This document shows, piece by piece, positions 1 to 8,578 of a DNA stretch of 64,000 bases. The position numbers and the translations under genes are program-made. Every line of letters starts with the position of its first letter. The first letter of the stretch is position 1. This stretch comes from a virus: the UHGV virus genome UHGV-0018639. One strand, given 5' to 3'. Under the pieces are notes generated by a model, which did no database searches, had not been told where the DNA came from, and saw only the letters and a program-made list of their open reading frames with translations.

Positions 1-537
1 ATACCATGCAAGAAACTTGTGCCAACCTTTATTGCTGGTCTGAATGGAGCGTTCTTCCTTCGGTCTGCCGTGCTTGTCAAATCCGGTTAGCGTTCTAATC
101 TTGCCGAACTTCTCAAGCCCTGCGATAAAAAACCAGATAGGCATGAGCAACGCCGGAGTATGAACTTCCGGAGCTATTCCGGTTTTCTTGGATGGCGTTC
201 CCGCCCAGTCAAGGCGGTAAACGATGAAGCGCGGCTTGCCGTCTTTCGCTTGATATTGCAGGCCGCGATACAAGCTCTCTACACGTCCGCCGCAGGTTTT
301 GCACTCAAGCGGACAGAAAACTTTCTGCCCGTCTATCAGCATTTGGATGGTATTGTCTTTGTAGCCGTCTAGCGCTACATCTTCTTTTTCGCTCTTGAAG
401 CGCGTCATTTCAAGCTCGAAGGCTCTACCACGTGCGCCACAATTCACGCCTTCAACAGGCGCAAGCCCTTCCGACTCTTCCCAGCGGCGCAGGTAATAGT
501 CAAGATTGCGCGCGCGTTCGATTTGGTGTTTGTTCAT
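1..537 (-). CDS. hypothetical protein, 5' part only (gene runs off the left window edge); ATG at 537-535
   Basis: The frame is open on the minus strand from the ATG (rc of 535-537) to position 1. An RBS-like aggaagg sits upstream (rc of 541-555). It is absent from the ORF track because it is truncated by the edge. It is divergent from the + strand genes. Confidence 0.5.
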   Translation of the reverse strand, partial: MNKHQIERARNLDYYLRRWEESEGLAPVEGVNCGARGRAFELEMTRFKSEKEDVALDGYKDNTIQMLIDGQKVFCPLECKTCGGRVESLYRGLQYQAKDGKPRFIVYRLDWAGTPSKKTGIAPEVHTPALLMPIWFFIAGLEKFGKIRTLTGFDKHGRPKEERSIQTSNKGWHKFLAWY

Positions 538-897
538 GTGTAACTTCCTTCCTAAATTTGTTATTTGTCCCGCTATGCGGCGTCCACTCCGCGCGGGCTA
601 TATGTAACTGTCAAGGTTCAATTTTCGCTTCGGGGCTTGTCTCTTGCCCCTTGGCAATTATGATTATAGCACTTTCTGCGCGAAAGTCAAGAATTTTTAG
701 ACTGAAAAAACTAACAAACAATCGCCCATTTTTTGATCCATTTTTGTCTAAAATGACGGACAAACCATTACCAAACTTTTGCCAGAACTTCCCTAAAAAT
801 TTACAAATGACAAATTGTGAAAAATTTAACAAGCTAGGGCGCCCATATTTTGGTAAATGGGCTTCCAGTTTCTTCCAAAGGGTCGGGGCCTCCAAAC

Positions 898-1017
898 AAA
901 TTTGCAAAAATTTCAAAATTCAAATTCAAAAATTTCAAAATTCAAATTTGCAAAAATTTCAAAATTCAAATTCAAAAATTTCAAAATTCAAATTTGCAAA
1001 AATTTCAAAATTTGACT
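898..1017. repeat. about five tandem copies of a ~23-bp unit (aattYRcaaaaatttcaaaattca), iteron/operator-like, overlapping the -35 of the downstream promoter
   Basis: Direct reading: aatttgcaaaaatttcaaaattca / aattcaaaaatttcaaaattca alternate with a 46-bp super-period. The ORF track translates this as a KFQNSN repeat, which is spurious. Confidence 0.7.
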
Positions 1018-1040
1018 TTCTCCCTTTCTTGTGCTATAAT
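1012..1040 (+). promoter_or_regulatory. sigma-A type promoter: TTGACT (1012-1017), 17-bp spacer, TATAAT (1035-1040)
   Basis: Perfect consensus hexamers with 17-bp spacing. The RBS aaaggag is at 1091-1097 and the ATG at 1104. Confidence 0.6.
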
Positions 1041-1103
1041 TATAAGTAGAAGAAATAGGTAGGGAAAGAATTAGTAAATTTTCCCATACTAAAGGAGACT
1101 TAT

Positions 1104-2564
1104 ATGTATATACATACATCTAACTTAGACGCTCAACCGCGTCGAAAATCAACATTATCGCTCGACTGGACGCTTGAAACAGCAGTCGAGCGCACAGATT
1201 TTTTGGAAACCTATTTGGCCAATCGAACCGTCCCTCTCTCCGAGTCTGACCTCGAAATGTGTGGAAACTATCTACTTTGGGGACGTGGCTCAAACGGCCT
1301 AAATGCTGAACAAGAAGGTTACGTCCAATTAGAGCGCCGCAACTCTACATGGGCCTCTAGCGCAAATACCCGCCAAGTGTCCTCAATTGAAGAACTAACA
1401 GAAAACCCAACTTTTGATGAGGCGCAATTTCACTCACTGGCCGACACAACTTATAAAACACCCAAACCAAACTTTTCACGTGAAGAATGCCTACGCAAAG
1501 CCCCGCCTGAATTCATTCCAATGCTACGGGATTTGTTTGGGCGCATTGACCGTGTTGAACTATCAATTGGGTTTTATGATAGGGCGCACGGCAAACGCAA
1601 GACAGACTTGCCTGAGCGCCTAACACGCAAGTTTTCACCCGAAGAGCTGTTTGATTTAGAAGAACGCGCGCTTAGCTGGACAAATGGTCAGTATCTCAAG
1701 AAGAAGCATCTTTTAGTGGAGCTGAGACGCGAACAATATACCATAAAGGACAGTTTTTCTAATAGTCTAATGGCACGACCCACAAATAAGTTTGTGGAGG
1801 AGGTTTCACCGACATTTTGCGGGCCAGAATCAGCGGAGGATGGATTTTTGGTTCTCCCTATTGGCTTGTCTGACTCTGCAAGACAAACGCAAGGCAAAAA
1901 CAAGTCGGTCAACTGGTTTTTAGAATTTGAGGAACTTGCCGTGAAAAAAGATGATCCGGCCTATCAAACGCAAGCCCGCAAGTTGGAGAGCCGACTAATC
2001 GAGCGAGGAATTTGTCAGCCACATAAGACAACTAAAAAAACGCAAGAACCCCAAGGAAACGCGTCTCAAAAATCGGCCATGCCATTCGGCTTTCTTACAA
2101 TTGACTTCCGCAATCCGGCCCACATTTGTAGATTGTTGGATAGCCAAAAGCTACTAATAACTGACCCCTCTCTCTCACGAGTGCGCGATACCCTTGATTT
2201 TTATATGCGGCAGGCCAATTTGACCCCCATTCAACAAAAAGTGCTTGAACTCAAACTAGCCGGTAAGCAAAATATGGATATCAAGGAAATTGTCAATAAA
2301 GAATTTGACCGCTCTTATCAGGCAAATTACATTTCCACCATTTATCGACAATACGTAGCCCCCGCAATTGCGGATGCTGCAACTCGTCATTTGGAAATTG
2401 TGCGCGCTATCGCTGAGGGGCCAGAACGTTTCAAATACTGCTCGGTCTGCGGCCGCCTGTTAGTAGAGAGCGAAACCTATTTCATACACAAGAGCCGCGC
2501 AAAATCAGGTTTTTCAGCTCGCTGTAAACAGTGTGATCATGACTATCGGCAAAGGAGAAAGTAA
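1104..2564 (+). CDS. putative transcription regulator: sigma-70 region-4-like HTH (LTPIQQKVLELKLAGKQNMDIKEI) plus C-terminal C4 zinc ribbon
   Basis: ORF track 486 aa with a strong RBS. There is a region-4-like HTH motif and a C-terminal CxxC...CxxC. The function is inferred from motifs only. Confidence 0.5.
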   Translation: MYIHTSNLDAQPRRKSTLSLDWTLETAVERTDFLETYLANRTVPLSESDLEMCGNYLLWGRGSNGLNAEQEGYVQLERRNSTWASSANTRQVSSIEELTENPTFDEAQFHSLADTTYKTPKPNFSREECLRKAPPEFIPMLRDLFGRIDRVELSIGFYDRAHGKRKTDLPERLTRKFSPEELFDLEERALSWTNGQYLKKKHLLVELRREQYTIKDSFSNSLMARPTNKFVEEVSPTFCGPESAEDGFLVLPIGLSDSARQTQGKNKSVNWFLEFEELAVKKDDPAYQTQARKLESRLIERGICQPHKTTKKTQEPQGNASQKSAMPFGFLTIDFRNPAHICRLLDSQKLLITDPSLSRVRDTLDFYMRQANLTPIQQKVLELKLAGKQNMDIKEIVNKEFDRSYQANYISTIYRQYVAPAIADAATRHLEIVRAIAEGPERFKYCSVCGRLLVESETYFIHKSRAKSGFSARCKQCDHDYRQRRK

Positions 2565-2993
2565 ATGAAAGAAAAAGAAAATAAAGTTTCTGTGAAACAG
2601 TTCCAAGAATTCTTGGACTTGTTCTCACAACTTCAAATTTATGACCTAATCGCGCTATGCCAGATTATGAGCACTCCGATGGGTTATGAAAAACAAGAAG
2701 GGGAGGAACGCGCACGCCCGCGTGAGTTAGCTGACATTTTGGAGGAAGTGATGGATAAGTTTCTAGCGCTTCCGAGGGCAAGCCGCAAAGATCTGTTGAA
2801 GGTAATGCGCGTTGCTGTTAAAAATCCATCGCCTGAACCCAAAGAATTCACAAAAATGGCAGCCGCGAAATCAGGCAGGTTAGCTACTCCATCGAACGAT
2901 TCGATTGAATGTGTTGATGGTAAATCTGCTCTACAGACTTGTCCTACTCACACGTGCAGCGTTGCCTCAAAAACAAGTGAAGGTGATACCTAA
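2565..2993 (+). CDS. hypothetical protein
   Basis: ORF track 142 aa, translationally coupled to its neighbours (ATG overlaps the previous stop). Confidence 0.55.
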   Translation: MKEKENKVSVKQFQEFLDLFSQLQIYDLIALCQIMSTPMGYEKQEGEERARPRELADILEEVMDKFLALPRASRKDLLKVMRVAVKNPSPEPKEFTKMAAAKSGRLATPSNDSIECVDGKSALQTCPTHTCSVASKTSEGDT

Positions 2994-4021
2994 TGCCCGG
3001 ACTCGGACCCCAGATGATTCGCCCACGAATTGAGACACAAACTTGTTCATGGTGCGAGTCGCTTTTGGGAAGCGATGAATTTGCTTATACAAATTCTCCT
3101 TTCTATCCTAAAAAGCGCCTTCCGATGTGTAATTCGTGCATCAAACAGTATTTGGTTGAAAAAGATTTTCAATGGGATGCTATTGATCGCATTTGCCAGT
3201 GCGCCGACGTTCCGTTCGTCCCACGAGAATTTGAGCGAGTTCACAACGAGAAAGGTGATGATTGTTTTCCCATCTACGCGGCACTTTTTGCGACCTCTGA
3301 ATATGAGGGGCTTGGATGGGACAATTATTACAAGGCTTATAAACAATTGCGCGATAACGGCCAGTTGATTGATGAGCTTCCATTGCTAGCAGAAGACAAG
3401 CGCGCAAAATTGATCGACCGATGGGGCGCCAATTATGATGATGAGGCTTTGACATACCTTGAACAACTTTATCAAGGCTTACAGGCCACACAGAATATTG
3501 CAGGTGCTCTCCAAAGCGACCAAGCCTATAAAATTTGTAAGATTTCCTATGAGATTGACTGCCGCATTAGAGAAGGCGTTGATTTTGATAAGCTGTTAGG
3601 CTCTTATGATAAGCTTGTCAAGACAGCCGAATTTACACCGAAAAATGCGAAAAATGCAGCTGACTTTGATACCACAGGGGAATTGATTAAATTCTTAGAG
3701 AAAAAAGGCTGGCGTTGTAAATATTATGATGGCGTTACAAGAGATATTGTTGATGAAACAATCAAAAACATTCAAGCCTACAACCAGCGTCTTTATACAA
3801 ATGAAAGCGGCCTTGGTGAGGAAATAACTCGTCGCATTGAAGCCCTTGAACGTGCGAAAAAACTTGAGGGCGCGGAGCAGTCTTTCGAAGAGCGTTATTA
3901 TGGTGAAAGCACGGATGTTAGCGATAATGAAGCTGACCTCTATGAAACCGAAGGCTATAAGGAGCTTCTTTCAATGGACGGCGACGATTTTGAAGCAGAG
4001 GTTGAAGGTTATGACTCCTAA
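2993..4021 (+). CDS. hypothetical zinc-finger protein; by position a possible small terminase subunit
   Basis: ORF track 342 aa with CxxC...CxxC near the N-terminus. It lies immediately upstream of, and overlaps, terL exon 1. No sequence-level evidence for TerS. Confidence 0.5.
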   Translation: MPGLGPQMIRPRIETQTCSWCESLLGSDEFAYTNSPFYPKKRLPMCNSCIKQYLVEKDFQWDAIDRICQCADVPFVPREFERVHNEKGDDCFPIYAALFATSEYEGLGWDNYYKAYKQLRDNGQLIDELPLLAEDKRAKLIDRWGANYDDEALTYLEQLYQGLQATQNIAGALQSDQAYKICKISYEIDCRIREGVDFDKLLGSYDKLVKTAEFTPKNAKNAADFDTTGELIKFLEKKGWRCKYYDGVTRDIVDETIKNIQAYNQRLYTNESGLGEEITRRIEALERAKKLEGAEQSFEERYYGESTDVSDNEADLYETEGYKELLSMDGDDFEAEVEGYDS

Positions 4022-4364
4022 GAAAATTCCCCTTTTGTTAGAGAAAAAAGAAAATATGTTCCAAGCGCCCGATCGACCCGTGCGTGATGGCATTGAGCTT
4101 GAGAAGGGAGTCGCCCTTTCAGAGCAATATTTAGAAGAACATTTAGAGGATATTGAAAATGTAATGGGTACGTTTATTGCGTATCCTGACATTTATCTTG
4201 ATACGATAGCGACAGAGAACTCACCTTCTTTGTTTTTCTATCAGCGCATTACCTTGCGTGCCATTATGAGATTTAAGGAGATATATATCTGTGCCTGCCG
4301 CGCATACTCGAAGAGCTTTATCTCAATTTTGGCAATGATATTGGAATGTATTTTTATTCCGGGT
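4011..4364 (+). CDS. terL: terminase large subunit, exon 1 (118 codons, Walker-A-like CRAYSKS region)
   Basis: The ATG at 4011 overlaps the upstream stop, with a gaagg RBS. The exon ends at U4364 (..CCG GGU), predicted from P1/P10 pairing and from alignment of IFIPG|TRRFICAPNKK with the post-Walker-A region of T4 gp17. ORF track 3837..4400 reads on into the intron. Confidence 0.7.
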
Positions 4365-5584
4365 AAAATGTGTGCCCCCTTACTTCGTGAGGAGTATTGA
4401 ATAAGTTATCTTAAAGCTGGAAAACCGTAAAGTCTCTTATACCTTCAGGGTGCTTCTCTCAAAAAGGTTGCGAAAGTAGAAACAAATAAGAGAATGGCAT
4501 AAGGTGCAAACCTAAGTGCTGCTAATTGGCAATCAGCGACTAAAATAGAAAAAGGAGTATTTATAATGAGTGCAAAGAAAAAGACACATGAACAGTTTGT
4601 AAAGGATATTATAAATAAATATAATATACAAAAAGAGGATTTTACCTTTTTATCAGAATATCAAGGTTATGATAAGCCTATTATTTTTCAATGCAACAAA
4701 TGTGGAAAAATAAAGACTATTGTGGCTGGAGCTTTGCTAAGGACTTCGTCTCATAAAAAACACATATGTCCATGCTACGGTTACGCTCAAGAATGGCACG
4801 AAGAAAATCAATTTTTGCGAATTTGGATAAAAAAGCAATCTAAATATGATATAATAAAATATACTCCGGGGCTTTTAGAAATTCAACTAAAATGCAAAAA
4901 ATGTGGGACTTTTCAAAAACGCTCGGCTAAAAGTTTAGAGAAAAATGATGAGTGTTTGGGCTGTGAGAACAAATGTAATATTAAGAAACCGCAGCAAGTA
5001 TTTGAGCAAGAATTGAAAAATTTCTGTGGAGAAGAATATCAATTAGTTGGAGATTATAATGGATCTGATAACTATTGTCTATTGAGGCATACTCTTTGTG
5101 GGAAAATTTATCGAGCTAAGCCTCATTATCTTCTAACAGGAAAAGGCGGAACTTGTCCTATTTGCCAAATAAAATCAAAAGGAGAAAAAGTAATTGCTGC
5201 TTTTCTTGATAAAAAAAATATTGTTTACTATACACAATATAGATTAGATGAATTTCGGCGTGCACCATATGATTTCTTTTTACCAGACCATAATTTATTA
5301 ATTGAATTCCAAGGCACTCAGCATTTTCAGCCAGTTCCGCGTTTTGGAGGAGAATTGACTTATCAACGACAAAAAGAAGTTGATGAAAAAAAAGTAGAAA
5401 TAGCTAAAAAAGAAAATAAGCAACTACTCATTATAAATTACAATCAAATCGATGAAATAGAAACTATTTTAGCTCAACGACTATCCCTTTATGGGAGTAG
5501 CAATGATATTATTGCGAAACGATAACTATCTCTTAGGAGATAAAGATATAGTCTAATCTTATATGAAAATATAAGTCTTTTTTG
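4365..5584 (+). mobile_element. group I intron (1220 nt) interrupting terL, carrying a homing endonuclease ORF in the P8 region
   Basis: P-like ggttgcgaaag (4466-4476), Q-like ggtgcaaacc, R element tcagcgactaaaa (4534-4546), S element aagatatagtct (5540-5551), a P9 hairpin with GAAA loop, and terminal G5584. P1 is gggU(4361-4364):Gccc(4374-4377). P10 is acacg(5585-5589):ugugu(4369-4373). Splicing gives an in-frame 602-aa TerL. Confidence 0.7.
4566..5525 (+). CDS. intron-encoded homing endonuclease candidate: zinc-finger repeats plus C-terminal Vsr/DUF559-like PD-(D/E)xK motif (PYDFFLPDHNLLIEFQGTQH)
   Basis: ORF track 319 aa with its own RBS (aaaggag). It sits between the intron R and S elements. 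There are multiple CxxC pairs and a C-terminal motif resembling Vsr-like endonucleases. Confidence 0.65.
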   Translation: MSAKKKTHEQFVKDIINKYNIQKEDFTFLSEYQGYDKPIIFQCNKCGKIKTIVAGALLRTSSHKKHICPCYGYAQEWHEENQFLRIWIKKQSKYDIIKYTPGLLEIQLKCKKCGTFQKRSAKSLEKNDECLGCENKCNIKKPQQVFEQELKNFCGEEYQLVGDYNGSDNYCLLRHTLCGKIYRAKPHYLLTGKGGTCPICQIKSKGEKVIAAFLDKKNIVYYTQYRLDEFRRAPYDFFLPDHNLLIEFQGTQHFQPVPRFGGELTYQRQKEVDEKKVEIAKKENKQLLIINYNQIDEIETILAQRLSLYGSSNDIIAKR

Positions 5585-7039
5585 ACACGAAGATTTATTT
5601 GTGCCCCCAACAAAAAACAAGGCGCACAAATAGCTAAAGAAAAGATAAATGAAATTTATGACAAGTGGCCTCTTATAAGGCGAGAAGTGGTAAGAGGCGA
5701 TATTGACCCAATGCCGGGAAATTTTGGTTCAGATTATGTCAGCTTGACATTTCGTAACGGCTCTACATTTGAAGTTTGTGGTGCGTTGGAAAGCACCCGT
5801 GGATTGCGTAAATATGGTGGTTTGATAGATGAGATTCGTGACCATGAGGAACAGCCGATAAGTGAAATTGTCCTTCCTCTTCTCAATGTTTCACGCCGTC
5901 TTCCTGATAACACTGTAAATCCACGTGAACCGAACCAACAAACAATTTTTGCTACAAGTGCGGGCACTAAGATGTCATTTGCATATGACAAACTCATCTC
6001 GGTTTTTGAAAACTCAATAATTCTACCGAATCAATCATTTACATTCGGCTGTGACTATAGAGTCCCAATGATGCACGGACTTGTAGACCGTAAATACATC
6101 AACAATTTAAAAATGGACCCCTCTTTCAACGAAGAAAGCTTCGCTCGTGAATATATGTCCTTGTGGAGCGGGGCTTCTGACGAAAGTTGGTTTAATTTTA
6201 GCAAAATGGAAAAACATCGTAAAATAAAAAACCCAGAATTTCATGCGAATTTTAGAGCTGGAGTCAATCAATTCTACTTTATTTCGGTAGACGTAGCAAG
6301 ACTGGCCGGCTGTCAAACTGTTGCGTGTGTTTTTCGTGTAAATATTAGAAATGATAGATATTATGCAACGCTTGTAAATGTTATTGTACTTGGTAAGCAA
6401 ATGGAACTAAAAACATTTACTCAACAAGCAATTGATCTCAAAAAACTTATTAGGGACTATAAACCAAAAGAGTGTCTTATAGATACAAATGGTTTAGGTG
6501 TTGGCCTTGCCGATGAAATGATAAAAGTCCATTATGATGAACACGGTGAAATGCTTCCAGCATATGGTTTCTTCAATGATGACTCTTATAAAAAAGTACA
6601 GCCAAAAGACGCTATTTGTATCTTATATTCAATGAAAGCCAACGGCCCATTGAATAGTGAAATACATGGGACAACATATGCCCGCATAAATGGCGGTATG
6701 ATTCAGTTTCTAATAAAAGAGCAGGATGCGAAAATTGCTTTGCTCGCTACAAAGGTAGGACAGAAGATGAGTATTGAACAGCGCGTCAAGCGACTTATGC
6801 CGCATGAAATGACATCGAGCCTTTTTGAAGAAATGGCAAATCTTCGTTTGAAAAGAACAGGCTCTGGCACTGATATAGTGCTCGAACAAATCAATACTCG
6901 ATTCCCTAAAGATAAATATTCTGCTTTTTCCTATGGTGTTTGGCGTATCAAACAATTAGAGGATGAAGCAACTAAAAAGCGTCGGCGCCGCACACCCGGT
7001 GTAAAGCGCCAACTAACCTTTTTTTCAGGAGGTCGCTAA
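5585..7039 (+). CDS. terL: terminase large subunit, exon 2 (ATPase Walker B LIDEIRDHEE, motif III TSAGT, nuclease domain)
   Basis: ORF track 5582..7039. Walker B and the coupling motif are visible. Exon 2 starts at A5585 after terminal G5584. Confidence 0.85.
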   Translation, partial: TRRFICAPNKKQGAQIAKEKINEIYDKWPLIRREVVRGDIDPMPGNFGSDYVSLTFRNGSTFEVCGALESTRGLRKYGGLIDEIRDHEEQPISEIVLPLLNVSRRLPDNTVNPREPNQQTIFATSAGTKMSFAYDKLISVFENSIILPNQSFTFGCDYRVPMMHGLVDRKYINNLKMDPSFNEESFAREYMSLWSGASDESWFNFSKMEKHRKIKNPEFHANFRAGVNQFYFISVDVARLAGCQTVACVFRVNIRNDRYYATLVNVIVLGKQMELKTFTQQAIDLKKLIRDYKPKECLIDTNGLGVGLADEMIKVHYDEHGEMLPAYGFFNDDSYKKVQPKDAICILYSMKANGPLNSEIHGTTYARINGGMIQFLIKEQDAKIALLATKVGQKMSIEQRVKRLMPHEMTSSLFEEMANLRLKRTGSGTDIVLEQINTRFPKDKYSAFSYGVWRIKQLEDEATKKRRRRTPGVKRQLTFFSGGR

Positions 7040-7042
7040 TGA

Positions 7043-8578
7043 ATGGCGAATGAAGTAAAGGATACGATTGGCGCACGTCAGGCAAAGAAACGAAATTTCA
7101 ACTTGACTACTCTTGAGGGCGCCAAAGTTCCAGTTGTACCGACTAGTGATACCAGTTGGACACAACTTTCATACGGTATTCCGCGGCGTTATGGTTATTT
7201 TGGGCGCGATCGTTATGACGAAAAAGATATCAAGGACATTATCGAAAATGGTGATGTCCTTGCTCAGCAAAAACTTTCTCGTTATTTTTATGAGCGTAGC
7301 CCGCTGTATCGCCAACAAATTATACATTACGCATCTATTTTGAAATATGTTGGGATTCTTATTCCGCACAGTAAAAGCGGCTCTCTCTCCACTCCTAACA
7401 TAAAGAAGAGATATGAGCGTGGTTTAGAGTTTGTGGAACACTTCAATTTACCTAAATATGGCTTTGAATGGTCAGAAAAAGCTCTTGTGGATGGCTGTTA
7501 TTACGGCGTTATTCAAGACATTACAAAAGATAGTATTTCAATTCTTGATTTGCCGATGCGCTACTGCGTGAGCCGCTTTAAAGACCCAAATGGAAATGAT
7601 TTGATTGAATTTGACGTGTCATATTTTGACACGATTGCTGATGAGGATTCTCGTGAAATTGCGCTTGACACTTATCCACAACTGATAGCGAATCACTATC
7701 GTGCGTGGAGTCGCCGCAAGAGTGTGTCAAATAAGTGGGTAATGATTCCGGCTGACATTGGCATTTGTTTCCCAATGTTGAGTAGTGGTTTACCTTTCTT
7801 TTTGCCAATTTTGCCATCAATTTTACAGTATGAAGATACTGTCGAAATTGAACGTGAACGAGATCTTGAAGAAATTAGGAAGATAATTGTCCAGAAAATT
7901 CCGCACAATACATCCACTAATGAGCTTTTATTCGAGCCTGATGAGGCCCTTGAAATGCATGAGGGCACTGTTGCTATGATGGGTGGTAATAAGAATGTTA
8001 GTGTTCTTACAACCTATGCGGATGTTGATGCAATTGTTTCTAAAACTTCATCTGAAGCTTCGTCTAATTCAATCGAAAAAATGCTGCAGAATGTATTTAA
8101 CAAATCTGGCGTAAGCCCGCAATTGTTTGCATCTACTGGCAGCACTACCCTAAAAATGTCCATCAGAAAAGATATTGCTTTTATGATGACGATGGCTAAC
8201 AAATATGCTACTTTTCTGACCGGCATTTTGAATAAATTGTTCGGCAATTCTAATATAAGTTTTAAATATGAAATTCTTCCTGTTGGAGAGCAAAACTGGG
8301 ATGACTACATCAAATCTGCAAAAGAACTCGCTTCTCTTGGCTATAGTTGGCTTGTGCCGTCTATCGCGCAAGGTATTTCTCAGCGCGATCTTAGTGATAT
8401 CAAACAGCTTGAGAATGATGTTTTGAAGCTCCCAGAAGCCTTGATTCCGCTTCAATCTGCCTATAATGCAATTACAGGTGAGGTTGGTGCGCCAAAGAAA
8501 CAAGAAGAGGAAAAAGCCGAACAAACAATCAAAAATGAAAAATCATTAGATAATACAGCGGGAGGTTCGGTTAGCTAA
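7043..8578 (+). CDS. portal protein (putative)
   Basis: 511 aa, directly downstream of terL with overlapping stop/start. Size and position are typical. No motif-level proof. Confidence 0.6.
   Translation: MANEVKDTIGARQAKKRNFNLTTLEGAKVPVVPTSDTSWTQLSYGIPRRYGYFGRDRYDEKDIKDIIENGDVLAQQKLSRYFYERSPLYRQQIIHYASILKYVGILIPHSKSGSLSTPNIKKRYERGLEFVEHFNLPKYGFEWSEKALVDGCYYGVIQDITKDSISILDLPMRYCVSRFKDPNGNDLIEFDVSYFDTIADEDSREIALDTYPQLIANHYRAWSRRKSVSNKWVMIPADIGICFPMLSSGLPFFLPILPSILQYEDTVEIERERDLEEIRKIIVQKIPHNTSTNELLFEPDEALEMHEGTVAMMGGNKNVSVLTTYADVDAIVSKTSSEASSNSIEKMLQNVFNKSGVSPQLFASTGSTTLKMSIRKDIAFMMTMANKYATFLTGILNKLFGNSNISFKYEILPVGEQNWDDYIKSAKELASLGYSWLVPSIAQGISQRDLSDIKQLENDVLKLPEALIPLQSAYNAITGEVGAPKKQEEEKAEQTIKNEKSLDNTAGGSVS

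Noticed and set aside
432-1062. ORF-track ORFs 432..1049 and 850..1062 with KFQNSN/KNFKIQI repeats.
   Set aside because: They are translations of the non-coding 23-bp tandem repeat and promoter region. There is no RBS, and they have low complexity.
3837-4400. ORF-track ORF 3837..4400 (187 aa) taken as one gene.
   Set aside because: Its 5' part overlaps the real upstream gene (2993..4021) in another frame. The genuine start is ATG 4011. Its last 12 codons are intron read-through.
4371-5608. Perfect 9-bp direct repeat tgtgccccc (4371-4379 and 5600-5608) flanking the terL insertion. Its precise deletion would give an in-frame ..KMCAP|NKKQ.. fusion, suggesting a transposon-like target-site duplication.
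   Set aside because: The first copy lies inside the intron where the internal guide sequence is (ugugu-Gccc pairs with the 3' exon in P10 and the 5' exon in P1). Group I hallmarks (R/S elements, P9, terminal G5584) and homology to T4 gp17 support the 4364|5585 splice instead. No transposase is present. I keep it as a curiosity to check by cDNA.
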